64,000 bases of DNA from Mytilus californianus. Taxonomy: Eukaryota. Both the position numbers and the translations under genes were made by a program. Positions within the stretch are counted from its first letter, which is position 1, and every line of letters begins with the position of its first letter. Of this stretch, positions 48,673 through 60,840 are shown one piece after another. The stretch is taken from the NCBI RefSeq assembly GCF_021869535.1, contig NW_026262604.1, positions 34,782,001 through 34,846,000 on the forward strand. The letters are read 5' to 3'. The notes beneath the pieces were generated by a model. That model ran no database searches, was not told the DNA's origin, and worked only from the letters and a program-made list of their open reading frames with translations.

Positions 48673-51600
48673 ACACTTATATATTATTTCATCATACTTT
48701 TGAAAATTGTGTAAAGAACATAACCTTAAATTTCACTTTTTTTCTTTATTGATAATTTTATTACATTTTTCAAGATTCAACCACTTTTTATAGATAATGT
48801 ATTAGAGGTAATCTAAAATCGACCAATTATTATAGATGATTGTATTAGATGTAATTTCAATCGGGTACTGTCTTTATTTATAATTTAATTTATTTTACAA
48901 TGAATTCGATCACTTTTTATAAATAGTTGACTAGATGTAACCTTAAATCTAATACATTATAACATAATTGTATAAGTTTAACCTTAAAACTGCAACTGTT
49001 ATGTTTATTATTTTAACATATTTACATTAAATATGACCACTTTTTATATATTTGTATTAAATGTAATCTTAAATCAGTCATTTTTTTTAAATTAGTGTAT
49101 TAGACGTATCCTTTAATCGAACACTTTTTATAAATAATTGTAGAAGATATAGCCTTAAATCTGCAAATTTCTTGATTTATACTTCCTTTACATTTTACAA
49201 GATTGGGCAACTTTTTATAAATATCTGTAATAGATGTAACATAAAATCTGCCATATTTTCAAGATAATTGTAGTAGATATAACCTTAAACCGGCCACTGC
49301 TTAATTGATAATTTACTACATTTTACAGTTAATTTGACCACTTTTTAGGATATTTGTATACGATGTTACATCAAATCAACAATTTTTCTAGAAAATTGTA
49401 TTAGATATAACCTTAAATCTGCCACTTTCTTTAGAGGTAATTTTATTTTTTTTATAGATAATGTATTAGATGCAACCTTTAATCGACATATTTTTATAGA
49501 TAATTGTATCAGATGAAATTTTCAATCGGCCACTTTCTTTATTGATAATTATATCAAATTTTACAAGACTCAAAACACTTTTTACAGGTAATTGAGATGT
49601 AACCTTTAATCGGTCATTTTTTTTAAATAATTGTATTAGACTTTACCTTAAGTCGAACACTTTTTACAATATTTGACCACTTTTTATAGATTATTAAATT
49701 AGATGTAACCTAAAATCAAACCCTTTCTTTGTTTTATTATATTTTACAAAAGATTTGGCCACTTTTTATAGATATTTTGTAACTGAAATTGACCATATTT
49801 TATAGATTTTGTATTAGATGCTACTTTTAATTGACCACTTTCTCTATTGATGATTATGTTAAATTTCACAAGATTTGACTACTATTTATAGATAATTGTA
49901 CTAGATATAACCTTAAATCGGTCACTTATATTTTTGATTATTCGGTTACTTTTTATAGATTATTGTTTTAGATGTAACCCTAAATCAAACACTTTTTGTA
50001 AATAATTGTAAGAAATAAAACCTACAATCGGCCACCTTATTTATTAATCATTCTATTAAATGTTACATTTGACCACTTTTTATCGATAATTGTATTAGAT
50101 GTAACCTTTAATCGACTACTTTTTATAAATAATTGTATTATATATATAACCCTAAATTGAACGCTTTTTATCAATAATTTTACTAGGTGTAACTTAAAAT
50201 CATCCACTTTCTTTATTGATTATTTTCCTACATTTTACAATCAACACTACCACTTTTTATAGATATTTGTATTAGATGTAACATAAAATCGACAATTTTT
50301 ATAGACAATTGAATATTATGTAATCCTCAACTGGCCATTGCTTAATTGATAATTTTACTACATTAGACAATAAATTTGACCACTTTTTTATAATTGTATT
50401 AGATGTTACCTTAAATCTGTAATTTTTTCTATATAAATGTATTACATGTTAGTTTAATTCTGTCACTTTCTATATTGATAATTAATTACACAAGATTCAA
50501 CCACTGTTTATAGATAATGTATTAGATTTTACCTAAATCGACCATCTTTTATAGATAATTGTATTAGATGTAACTTTTAATTAGCCATCATTTGGTATCT
50601 TGTGGAGAATTGTCTCATTGGCAATCATACCACTTCTTTTTATATGTTCTTTATTGATAATTATATTACATTTTACAAGATTCGACCATTTTTAATAAAT
50701 AATTTTCTCAGATGTAACCATAAACCTACCACTGTTTTATTGATAATTTTACTATATTTTACAGTAAATATGACCTTTTTTATAATTGTATTAAATGTTA
50801 CTTTAAATCGGCCATTTTTTGATAGATAAATGTTATTAGATGCAATCTCAAACCGGCAACTTACTTTATTGATAACCTGTACATTTTACAAGATTCATCC
50901 ACTTTTTATCGATAATTTATTAGATGTAACGTAACCTTAAATCGACCATATTTCACAGATAATTGTTTTAGATATGACCTTAAACCAACGACAACTTTTT
51001 ATAGATGATCATATAAGATGTAACCTTAAATCGGTCATTTTTTTTAGTTCATTGTATTAGATGTTACCTTAAATCGATCACTTTTATTCAGATTATTAAA
51101 TTGGATGTAACTTTAAATCGGCCACTTTTTTTATTGATAATTCTATTACATTTACAAAAATCAACCCTTTTTTTATAGATAATGTATACGATAAAACCTT
51201 AAAACGATAGAAAATTGCATTAGGGGAAACTATATCGGCCACTTTTTTTATTGAAAATTATAATAGATTGTACAATGAAATCGACTACATTTTATAGATA
51301 ATTGTATTAGATTTAACCTAAAATCGAACACTTTTTTTATTAATTATTTTACTATAGTTTACCAAAAATTAGGCCATTTTTATTGACTTTTATATTAGAT
51401 GTAACCTTAAATCGGTAACTTTTTTTGAATAATTATAATAAACGTAACCTTAAATCGAACCCTTTACATGATTCGACCACTTTTTATTTGGAATTATATT
51501 AGATGTTACCTTAAATCGACCATTATTTATATATATTTGTATTAGATGTAATTTTCAGTCGGCAGCTTTCTGTATTGATAACCACTTTTTAAAGATAATT

Positions 51601-52759
51601 TATAAGATGTAACGTAACCTGAAATCGACCATATTTTATACATAATTGTTCCAGATAAAACCTTAAATGTACGACCACTTTTTATAGATAATTATATAAG
51701 ATGTAACTTTATATCAGTGATTTTTTGTAGATAATTGTATAACATGTAATCTTATATCGACCACTTTCTTTATTGATAAGTATACCACATTTTACAGTGA
51801 ATTTCGCCATTGTTTTGATAATTGTATTAAATGTTACCCTAAATCGACAACTTTCGTTTAGATAATTGTATTGGATGTAACCTAAAATCGGCTACTTTTT
51901 TTTTATTGATAATTCTATTACATTTACAAGATTTAACCACTTTTTATAGATAATGTATTAGATGAAACCTTAAATCGACCATTTTTCTTTGTAGATAATT
52001 GTATTAGGTGTGACCTTATACACTTCCTTTATTGATAATTATATTACACTTTACAATATTGGACCACTTTTTATAGGTATTTGTATTAAATTGAACCTTA
52101 AATCGATCACTTTCTTTATTGATTATTTTACTATATTTTACAATAAATTCGATTATTTTCTTGATTATTGTATAAAATGTAACCTTATTTCAGTCATTTT
52201 TTTTTTTAGATAATTATACCAGATAATTGTATTAGATTTAAGCTTGAATTGGTCACCTTCTTTATTGAATAATTTCCTATATTTTACAATAAAATTAGAT
52301 AACTTTTTATAGATAATGGTAATAGATGTAACATTAAACTGGCCACTGTTTGTTTAATGATTTAACTACATTTTAAAGTAAATTTTACCTTAAATTTGTA
52401 AAAAAAAATATCATTGTAATAAACGTTACCTTAAATTAAACACTTTTAATAGATAATTGTATTAGATATAGCCTTAAATCGGCCTCTTTTTTTAATGACA
52501 ACTCTTTTAATTTTTACTAGATTCGACTCCTTTTTATAGATCTAATATTAAAGCGGTAACTTTTTTTAAATAATTATATCAGACGTTACCTTAAATAAAT
52601 TCCCTTTTTATAGATAATTGTATTAGATGTAACCTTTAATCGGTCACTTTCTTTATTGATAATTCTTTTACATTTAACAAGATAAGACCACTTTTTATAG
52701 ATAATCGTATAAGTTTTAATCTTAAATCGGTCACTTTCATTATTGATCATTTTACTGTA

Positions 52760-53077
52760 TTTTTCGTCCCTGAGGGTATCACCAGCCCAGTCGTCAGCAC
52801 TTCGGTGTTGACATGAATATCAATTATATGATCATTTTTATAAATTTCCTGTTTACCAAACTTTGAATTTTTCGAAAAACTAAGGATTTTGTTATCCCAG
52901 GCATATATTATCTTAGTCGTATTTGGCACAACTTTATGGAATTTTGGGTCCTCAATGCTCTTCAACTTTGTACTTTTTTGGCTTTATAACTATTTTTATC
53001 TGAGCGTCACTGATGAGTCTTATGTAGACAAAACGCGCGTCTGGCGTATCAATTTATGATCCTGGTACCTTTGATAA
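52760..53077 (+). mobile_element. Non-LTR retrozyme-like monomer inserted in the satellite
   Basis: About 320-bp non-satellite insert containing a minimal hammerhead. Confidence 0.75.
53004..53047 (+). ncRNA. Minimal type I hammerhead ribozyme, core mutated (GAAA to AAAA)
   Basis: GCGTCA-CTGATGA-GTCT(TATGT)AGAC-[A]AAA-C(GCGC)G-TC-TGGCGT; cleavage site GTC after 53041. Confidence 0.85.
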
Positions 53078-56000
53078 ATAATTACAATAAATTTGACCAC
53101 TTTTCTTGAATATTGTATTAAATGTAACCTTAAATTGGTAAAATTTTTAGATAACTGTTTCAGACTTAACCTTAAATCGAACATATATAGATTTAGATTA
53201 TTGTTTCAAATGTGGCCATAAAACCGACACTTTCTTTATTGGTAATTGTTTTACATTTACAAGATTCGATCACGTTTTATAGATAATTGCATTACATGTA
53301 ACCTTAAATCGGCCACTTTCTTTATTGTTACTTCTTTAACATTTACAATATTCGACAACTTTTCAGATAATTGGATTAGAATTAACCTTAAATCGGTCAC
53401 TTTTTTTATTGATTATTTTACTATATTTTACAATCAATTCGACCATTTTTCTTGATTATTGTATGAGTTGTAACCTTAAATCCCTTTTTTTTAATAATTA
53501 TGTCAGACGTAACCTTAAATTGAACCCTTTTTCATAGATAATTGTATTAGATGTTAACTTAAATCTACCACATTTTATGTATGATTGTTTTAGATGTAAC
53601 CTCAAACCAGCCAATGCTCTATTGATACTTTTTCCACATCTTACAGTAAATTTTACAACTTTTTGGATAATTGTATTAGAAGCAACCTAAATTCGAACAC
53701 TTTTTTATAGGTAATTTTATTAGATGAAGCTTTAAATCGGCCACTTTCTCATTGATAATTCTATTACATTTAATAAGATTCGACCACTTTTTATATCTAA
53801 ATGTATTAGATGTAACCATGAATAGGTCACTTTCTTTATTGATAATTCTTTTATATTTTACAAGATTCGACCACTTTTTATAGATAAATGTTTTCGATGT
53901 AACCCTAAAGCAGTAACTTTTTTTTAAGATAATTCTATCAGACGTAACCTTCAATCGAACCCTTTTTTCTAAATAATTGTGTGAAATGTAGCCTTAAATC
54001 GGCCACTTTCCTTATTGGTAAATCTTTTACATTTTACAAGATTCGACCACTTTTTATAGATAGTTGTATTAGATTTAACCTTCAATTGGTCACTTCTTTT
54101 AATGGTAATTCTATTACATTTAAAAGGTTCAACCACTTTTTAAGATAATGTATTAGATGTTACCTTAAATCAGTCACTTTCTTTATTGATCATTTTACTA
54201 TGATTTACAATAAATTTGACAACATTTTATAGATATTTGTATTGGATGCAACATTAAATCGACCATATTTTATAAATAATCGTATTAGATATAACCTTAA
54301 ATCGGTCACTTTCTTTATTGACTATTTTACTATATTTTACAATGAATTCGACTACTTTTTAAAAATAGTTGTATTAGATGTTAATCTACCACATTTTATG
54401 TATGATTGTTTTAGATGTCCTCAAACCAGAGACTGCTCTATTTATACTTTTATCACAACTTACAGTAAATTTGACCATTTTTTGGATAATTGTATTAGAC
54501 GTAACCTTAAATCGAACACTTTTTGTGTAGGTAATTTTATCAAATTAAGCTTGAAATCGGCCTCTTTCTTTATTGATAATTCTATTACATTTAACAAGAT
54601 TCGACCACTCGATCGCAGAAGTCAAACAGAAAATAGTTAAAAGAGATTATCAGTCAGAAACGTCTGACTTACATGGCATCTCCACAGGTTCTTGCTCCAG
54701 AATTTTAAATATAATTGTATTAGATGTAACCTATATTCAGCCACTTTTCTAGATAATTGGTTTGATGTGACCTAAAATCTATCATTTTTCCAGATAATTG
54801 AATAAGACATGACCTTAAATGAGTCACTTTTTCTAGATAACTATATAAGTTGTAGCCTTAAATACGCCAATTTATGAGTGGATAATTTTGCATTAAGTTC
54901 GAACGTTTTTATCAAGATAATTGTGTTAGATGTGACCTTAAATCGCTTACGTTTTCAAGATGATTTCATTAGATGTAACCTTAAATCGGACACTTTCTGT
55001 ATTGTTATTTTATCACATCTCACAGGACATTCAAACATTTTCTATAGATACTTGTATTACATGTGACTTTAAATCAATCAATTCTTAATGCGTTATTTTA
55101 TTATATTTTACATTTTACTTCTAAAATATAATTGTATTAGATGTATCCTATAGTTGGCCACTTTTTCTAGATAATTGTATTTGATGTGACCTGGAACATA
55201 TCATTTTTTTTCTAGATAATGGTAATAGACATGACCTTAAATGAGTTACTTTTTCTAGCTAACTGTAAAAGATGCGACCTTCAGTCGGTCACCTTTTCTA
55301 GATTATTTTATTAGATATAGACTTCAATCAGCAACTCTCTGAACTGATAATTTTGCATTAAATTCAAGAGTTTTTTTTTTAGATAATTGTTTTGGTGTGA
55401 CCTTAAATCGCTCAATATTTCTATATAATTTTATTAGTTGTAGCCTCAACTTGGCCACTTTCTGTATCAAAAGTCTTGCATTAAATTCCTTTTTTTTTAT
55501 ATTTTTTTATTGATAGTTTTAGTTTTACTTTATTTTTAAACCATTTGACAACTTTTTATGGATAATTTTATTAGATGTAAGCTTTATTCCATCACTTTGT
55601 TTAGGTAATTATTCAACATGTAACCTGAAATCGACCACTTTCTTTACTAATAATTTTACTATAACTACAATAAATTTTGACTTTTTTTTAAAGATAATTG
55701 TATTGGATGTTAGCTATATTCAATTACTTTTTCTAGATATTTGTAATAGATGTGACCATAAATCGATCACTGTTTACCAGATAATTGTATCAGACATGAC
55801 CTGAAATCGGTCATTTTTTTAACAGATAATTGTAATAGATGTGACCTAATATCGGTCACTTTTTCTAGATAATTTTATAAGATGTAGCCTTAAATCGGCC
55901 ACTTTCTGTATTGATAATTTTGCATTAAATTCAAGCGTTTTTTTCAAGATAATTGTATCAGATGTGACCTTAAATCGGTCATCTTTTCAAGATAATAAAG

Positions 56001-56693
56001 GATATTACCTCACATCGGACACTTCTGTATTGTGATTTTTTTAACATCTTACAGTTCATTCAAATTTTTTTTTAAAGATTATTGTATTACATGTGACCTT
56101 ATACAATCAATTCTAAATGGTTAATTTTATTATATTTTACATTTTACTTTTAAAATATAATTGTATTAGATGTGACCTTTATTCAACCACTTTTTCTAGA
56201 TAATTGTTATAGACATGACCTTAAATGAGCTATTTTTTCTAGCTTACTGTAAAAGATGTAAGCTTCAATCGGTCACCTTTTCTAGATAATTTTATTAGAT
56301 ATAGACTTTAATCGGCAACTCTCTGAACTGATAATTTTGCATTAAATTTAAGCTGTTTTTTTTTATATAATTGTTATAGATGTGACCTTAAATCGGTCAT
56401 TCTTTCTAAATAATTTTATTAGTTGTAGCCTCAAATAGGCCACTTTCTGTATCAATAATCTTGCTTTGATTTCAAACAGTTTTTTTTTTAATCAGTCACT
56501 TTTTTTTTTGATAAATTAATTATATATAAGCTAATATCGGCAACATTCTTTATTCACAATTTTACTATATTTTAAATCATTTTACAACTTTTTATGGATA
56601 ATTTTATTAGATGTAAGCTTTTTTTTTATCACTTTTTGTAGGTAATTATTCAACATGTAACCTGAAATCGACCACTTTCTTTAATGATAATTA

Positions 56694-56708
56694 AGTCTCC
56701 CAAACGAA

Positions 56709-56760
<52 letters not shown>

Positions 56761-57450
56761 TTCTTCCGCCGCTTTTAAATTTGAACTTGTCCGCACCTGT
56801 TCTCCAAAACCGCTTGTCAGATTAACTTAGGGTTTCACAATATGTTAGACATGTCTAGTGGTGCAATCAGGGTTTTGTTTGAGCAATGGGGTTTATAAAG
56901 GTTTGAGGGGCAAAAAGAAAGGAGGGTTTTACTATAGAACCCTATGGGATTTTATTTTTTTAAATTTTCAAATGATTATAAATTGAAAACCGTTTGTGAT
57001 AGACACAATCTTTTTACTTGAAAATGTTCTCAATGATAAAGCACATTAAATGAAATACAGGGTTAGTCCCCAGGGGTCACCCCCACCCCCTGCCATTTAA
57101 GAAAGTTCTAATATCTTGTAAGTGGTCAAGATCCCCACCCCTAAACCATATATATTCTGGTTTGTTATGCGAAGATGGTTTGTATGATATACAGGGTTAG
57201 TCCCCAGCGGTCATCCCGACCCCCAGTCATTTGAGAAAGTTCTAATATCTTGTAAATGGTCGAGATCCCCACCCCTAAACCATATATATTCTGGTTTGTC
57301 ATGATAAAGCACATCAAATGAAATACAGGGTTAGTCCCAAGGGGTCACCCCCACCCCTGCCATTTAAGAAAGTTCTAATATCTTGTAAGTGGTCAAGATC
57401 CCCACCCCTAAACCATATATATTCTGGTTTGTCATGATAAAGCACATCAC
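56694..57450 (+). mobile_element. Helentron-type element with (TTA)n microsatellite and three about 140-bp repeats
   Basis: AAGTCTCCCAAACGAAG head, (TTA)n at about 56710-56759, ATACAGGGTTAGTCCC units at about 57055, 57189 and 57323. Confidence 0.65.
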
Positions 57451-58859
57451 TAGATATTTGTATAAGATGTGACCATAAATCGTCAAACACGTGTTCCTTG
57501 TGCAGTTTCTTCATTGATTTTTTTTTTATCTTGTTTATGATTCTACTCTTGGAGCTCCGCAAAGTTTTAACTGGTTGTCCCTTTTTTTCTTATCACATTC
57601 TTGGTCACACCTGGTTTTATTTTTTAGTCTTTATTTTTTGCATATTGTCTGTCATTATGGTAATGTCTGTAGGCCCCGGGAAATCAGGCACCGCCTCTTT
57701 GTTGGTTGTACCTGAATCTGTGAAAAAAGCAACGCTTTTAAATACCAATTTAACCATGTTTACATGTTAAATAACCATGATAAGGTGAAACACAAATAAA
57801 TTTTTCACACAGAAATGAAAATGACATCAATGACCAATCAAACACTAGCAATACAATGATCATGATGGAACTGCTGCGTAATGTCCAGTGGCAAATATAA
57901 TATCTAAGCAGATTCGAGACAAGAAAATGTTAATGTAATATAAATATAGTATTCTTCAAAGCAATAAATAAATTAAAAAGATCATTGTTACTCGCAATTA
58001 GTATAAAACAGGGTCCTTGTCTGGAAATACATTTTGACAATAAGTCTCGGAAGGAACAATTATTGTTACTTTTTTGCTGCCAGCTGGTAATCATAGCAAG
58101 CGCCTAGCTAGTATATGTGCAGCGAGATTAAATGTATTTGCTTGATCAAACCCTCAACGGTGTTACAGCACAATGTAACAACAAACATTTAATCTTATAA
58201 AGTAGGCATTACTTCAGTGACAGATACCATGCCAAACTTTGAAATGTAAAATAAACAGTTGTTCAATTAAGCAATAAACAAATAAACAGGTATAAAATAA
58301 ATAAAAAAATAAACCATATAAGGTACAAAGTTTAAATGTCCTAAATGAGAATTGCAACTTTATAAATAAATGATGCTGAAGCCAAAATACTCAAATTCAA
58401 AATGAATAAATAGTGCAGCAGGGATAACACAGGGTCCTTGTCTGGAAACTGTGATACAACCATCTTTTTATACCTCTTATTCATTAAATTTACAGCTCTG
58501 TTATTCAATTTTAGCCAAAAAATCTGCTACTTCTATAACTACCAAGATTTCCAATCAGTTAAAAGAGGGACTGGAAATTGATATATCATTATACAGGAAA
58601 AGCAACAAAAAATCGGAACCAATTGAGGGGAGACCCTGTTATTCACAAGAAGCGAGACAAAAAAGTGGACAGTCACCATAGGTTCAATATCTACCTACAG
58701 CTGTATCTGCCAAATAAAAAAAGAACCTCAAAAAGTAAATAAGAAAAAAAGTACTGGCATATACCTTATCAACCAAGTGGAGCTTGAGTGTGTTATTTGA
58801 AAATATCTTAAAGATGCAAACTAGAGTTGTGTCTAAAGTGACCTAAGGGGTCGTTGGGT

Positions 58860-59040
58860 ACCAATTTATGTGGATTTCGTAGGTACAGGTGAACGAAATA
58901 ATTAAATGTTCAACGAATGATACATTTTCTATAGGCCTGTATGCAAACTTCCGCAAAACCACACAATTTAATATCAACGAATATGTAAGTTTTCTTATCA
59001 ACGAAAATTGGTACCCTCGAAAATAAATAAATCCACAGTA
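58860..59040. mobile_element. MITE fragment ending ...ATCCACAGTA
   Basis: Internal inverted GGTACCAATTT/AAATTGGTACC; TAC/GTA-type terminus. Confidence 0.5.
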
Positions 59041-59129
59041 GAACAATATCAGCACCTTTGTTAAAAGTTCTGTTGTAGAACAAAATCAGCACATTGGTTC
59101 AACATACATTTTACACATTCTGTTATTGA

Positions 59130-59548
59130 TTGATTGATTGTTGGTTGCTTAACGTCCAGTGGCAAATATTTCATGCATATTCAGGACGAGAACAAGTTCA
59201 CAATAAATACAATAGGTAGGTTCTGTAATAGATTAAGGGATTAAGGTCGGAGAAATTTAGACTGCCACGGGAAATGAGGGTATATTGGATAGGGACAGAA
59301 ATTTAGCCTTGCAACAGGTCACCTACGGACCCCTCAAAGAGTTGTCGCAAGGGTTCTTAACGTGCAAAGAACGTGGCACTCTCTTTACACGAGGCATCGG
59401 ATTTAACATCCCCATTCTGACCGAACGTGGCTGCAAATTTGTACATCCCGCACAGCCAAACGGACGCCCCACTTTAGCACGGGTTTTACTGCCGGTCGGA
59501 GGAAGACCAATGGTGACCATACTTCTATTCCCCAGTCACCCTAGGGGG
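59130..59548 (-). mobile_element. SINE copy
   Basis: 14-bp TSD CATTCTGTTATTGA (59116-29, 59549-62). Confidence 0.93.
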
Positions 59549-59977
59549 CATTCTGTTATTGAGTTGATGCTTATTAGCTAGAGTTTGTGCGCTTAGTTGC
59601 ATAATAGTTAATATCGGAGATTGTGTTTAAGTTCCTTGTTGTACTCTTAAAATCCCTTCCCCGGATACCTGGTGTCGATATCTTCTAAATCACGGCGATT
59701 AAGATCCAGGTCACTTCTACGGTGTGGAAATGTTGTATACATTATATTCCTATTTATAATACCGAAAGCCTGAATGAATTCACCCTGAGACTAGGATCTT
59801 GAATTTAATTGGGTTTTTTTTTCTTCACTTAAGTTTAACTCGCAACTTCCTGAATCATAATAGTATGTATCAGTAAGGACGGTATATTAATGTCTTTACT
59901 GATTTAATATACTCTCTGAACTGGGATAAAATTGATTCCACAAGTCTCTGCAGAATACCCGCGCGCTGTGTTCCCAT

Positions 59978-60125
59978 CCCAAATGGTGACTGGGGAATAG
60001 AAGTATGGTCACCATTTGTCTTCCTCCGACCGGCAGTAAAACCCTTGCTAAAGTGGGGTGTCCGTTTGGCTGTGCGGGATGTACAAATTTGCAGCCACTT
60101 CCGGTCAGAATAGGGACGTTAAATC
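59978..60125 (+). mobile_element. SINE 5' fragment
   Basis: CCCAAATGGTGACTGGGG through GGGACGTTAAATC, then stops. Confidence 0.85.
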
Positions 60126-60840
60126 TGACATGATGTGATACCTTTCAGTCTAGCGATTGTCCATTTTTTTCAGTAATGTAGGATTATAAGCTGCACTTAT
60201 GATTTTCTTTTCAAAATTCTGTCCGTTAACGTGTGAAAATGTAATGTTCAAATAAAGTCATCATACATACTAGTATTGAAATTTTGTATGAACGTCAGAG
60301 ATGGTTTTTCGTCTGCAAAAGACTCACCAGTGACGCAAGTGCAACAAAAATGAAATATATACTTGCAAAAACAAACATCATACATAGAGCATAACGAATT
60401 GTTGCCCAAATGAGAACCTAAAAGATATAGTTTTAAGTTGTCAAAATCTTCGAAGTCGGTTTAAACTTGGAAATCACCTGTATCAAACGTATTAATCAAC
60501 AGCTTGCGAAAAACTCTTCTCATAAAACAGTTCAATATTTTATTGCGTTCCAATTTCCGAGTATAATATTCTCAAGAAATCAGATTACAAGAAATTGTTA
60601 TTTCTAATTAAACCTGAATACTGCTTAACAAGGTTTTATATAATCACATTAATTAAAAAAAATTAGTATGGCTTCCTTGTATACTTACTCAGTACTCACA
60701 ACTATAAGCGTAATCATTTTACATCTTGAAAGTGTGGCGTGATTAACAATGTGACAATTATCCACCAAAGTTCAAAACAAATGGAGGGAACAATTACTGT
60801 GTTTCTGATTCAAGGTACTGATAAATAAAATGAGAAAGTC

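Larger units (their letters stand above)
48700..56693 (+). repeat. Degenerate AT-rich satellite, about 87-bp unit made of about 43-bp subunits
   Basis: GATAATTGTATTAGATGTAACCTTAAATCGACCACTTT recurs throughout; GATTCGACC at 53777 and 53864 (87 bp); about 1.03-kb duplication near the right end. Confidence 0.95.

Noticed and set aside
48700-56693. CRISPR-like repeat-spacer pattern
   Set aside because: The repeats are degenerate, the intervening parts are themselves repeated, the context is eukaryotic and there are no cas genes.
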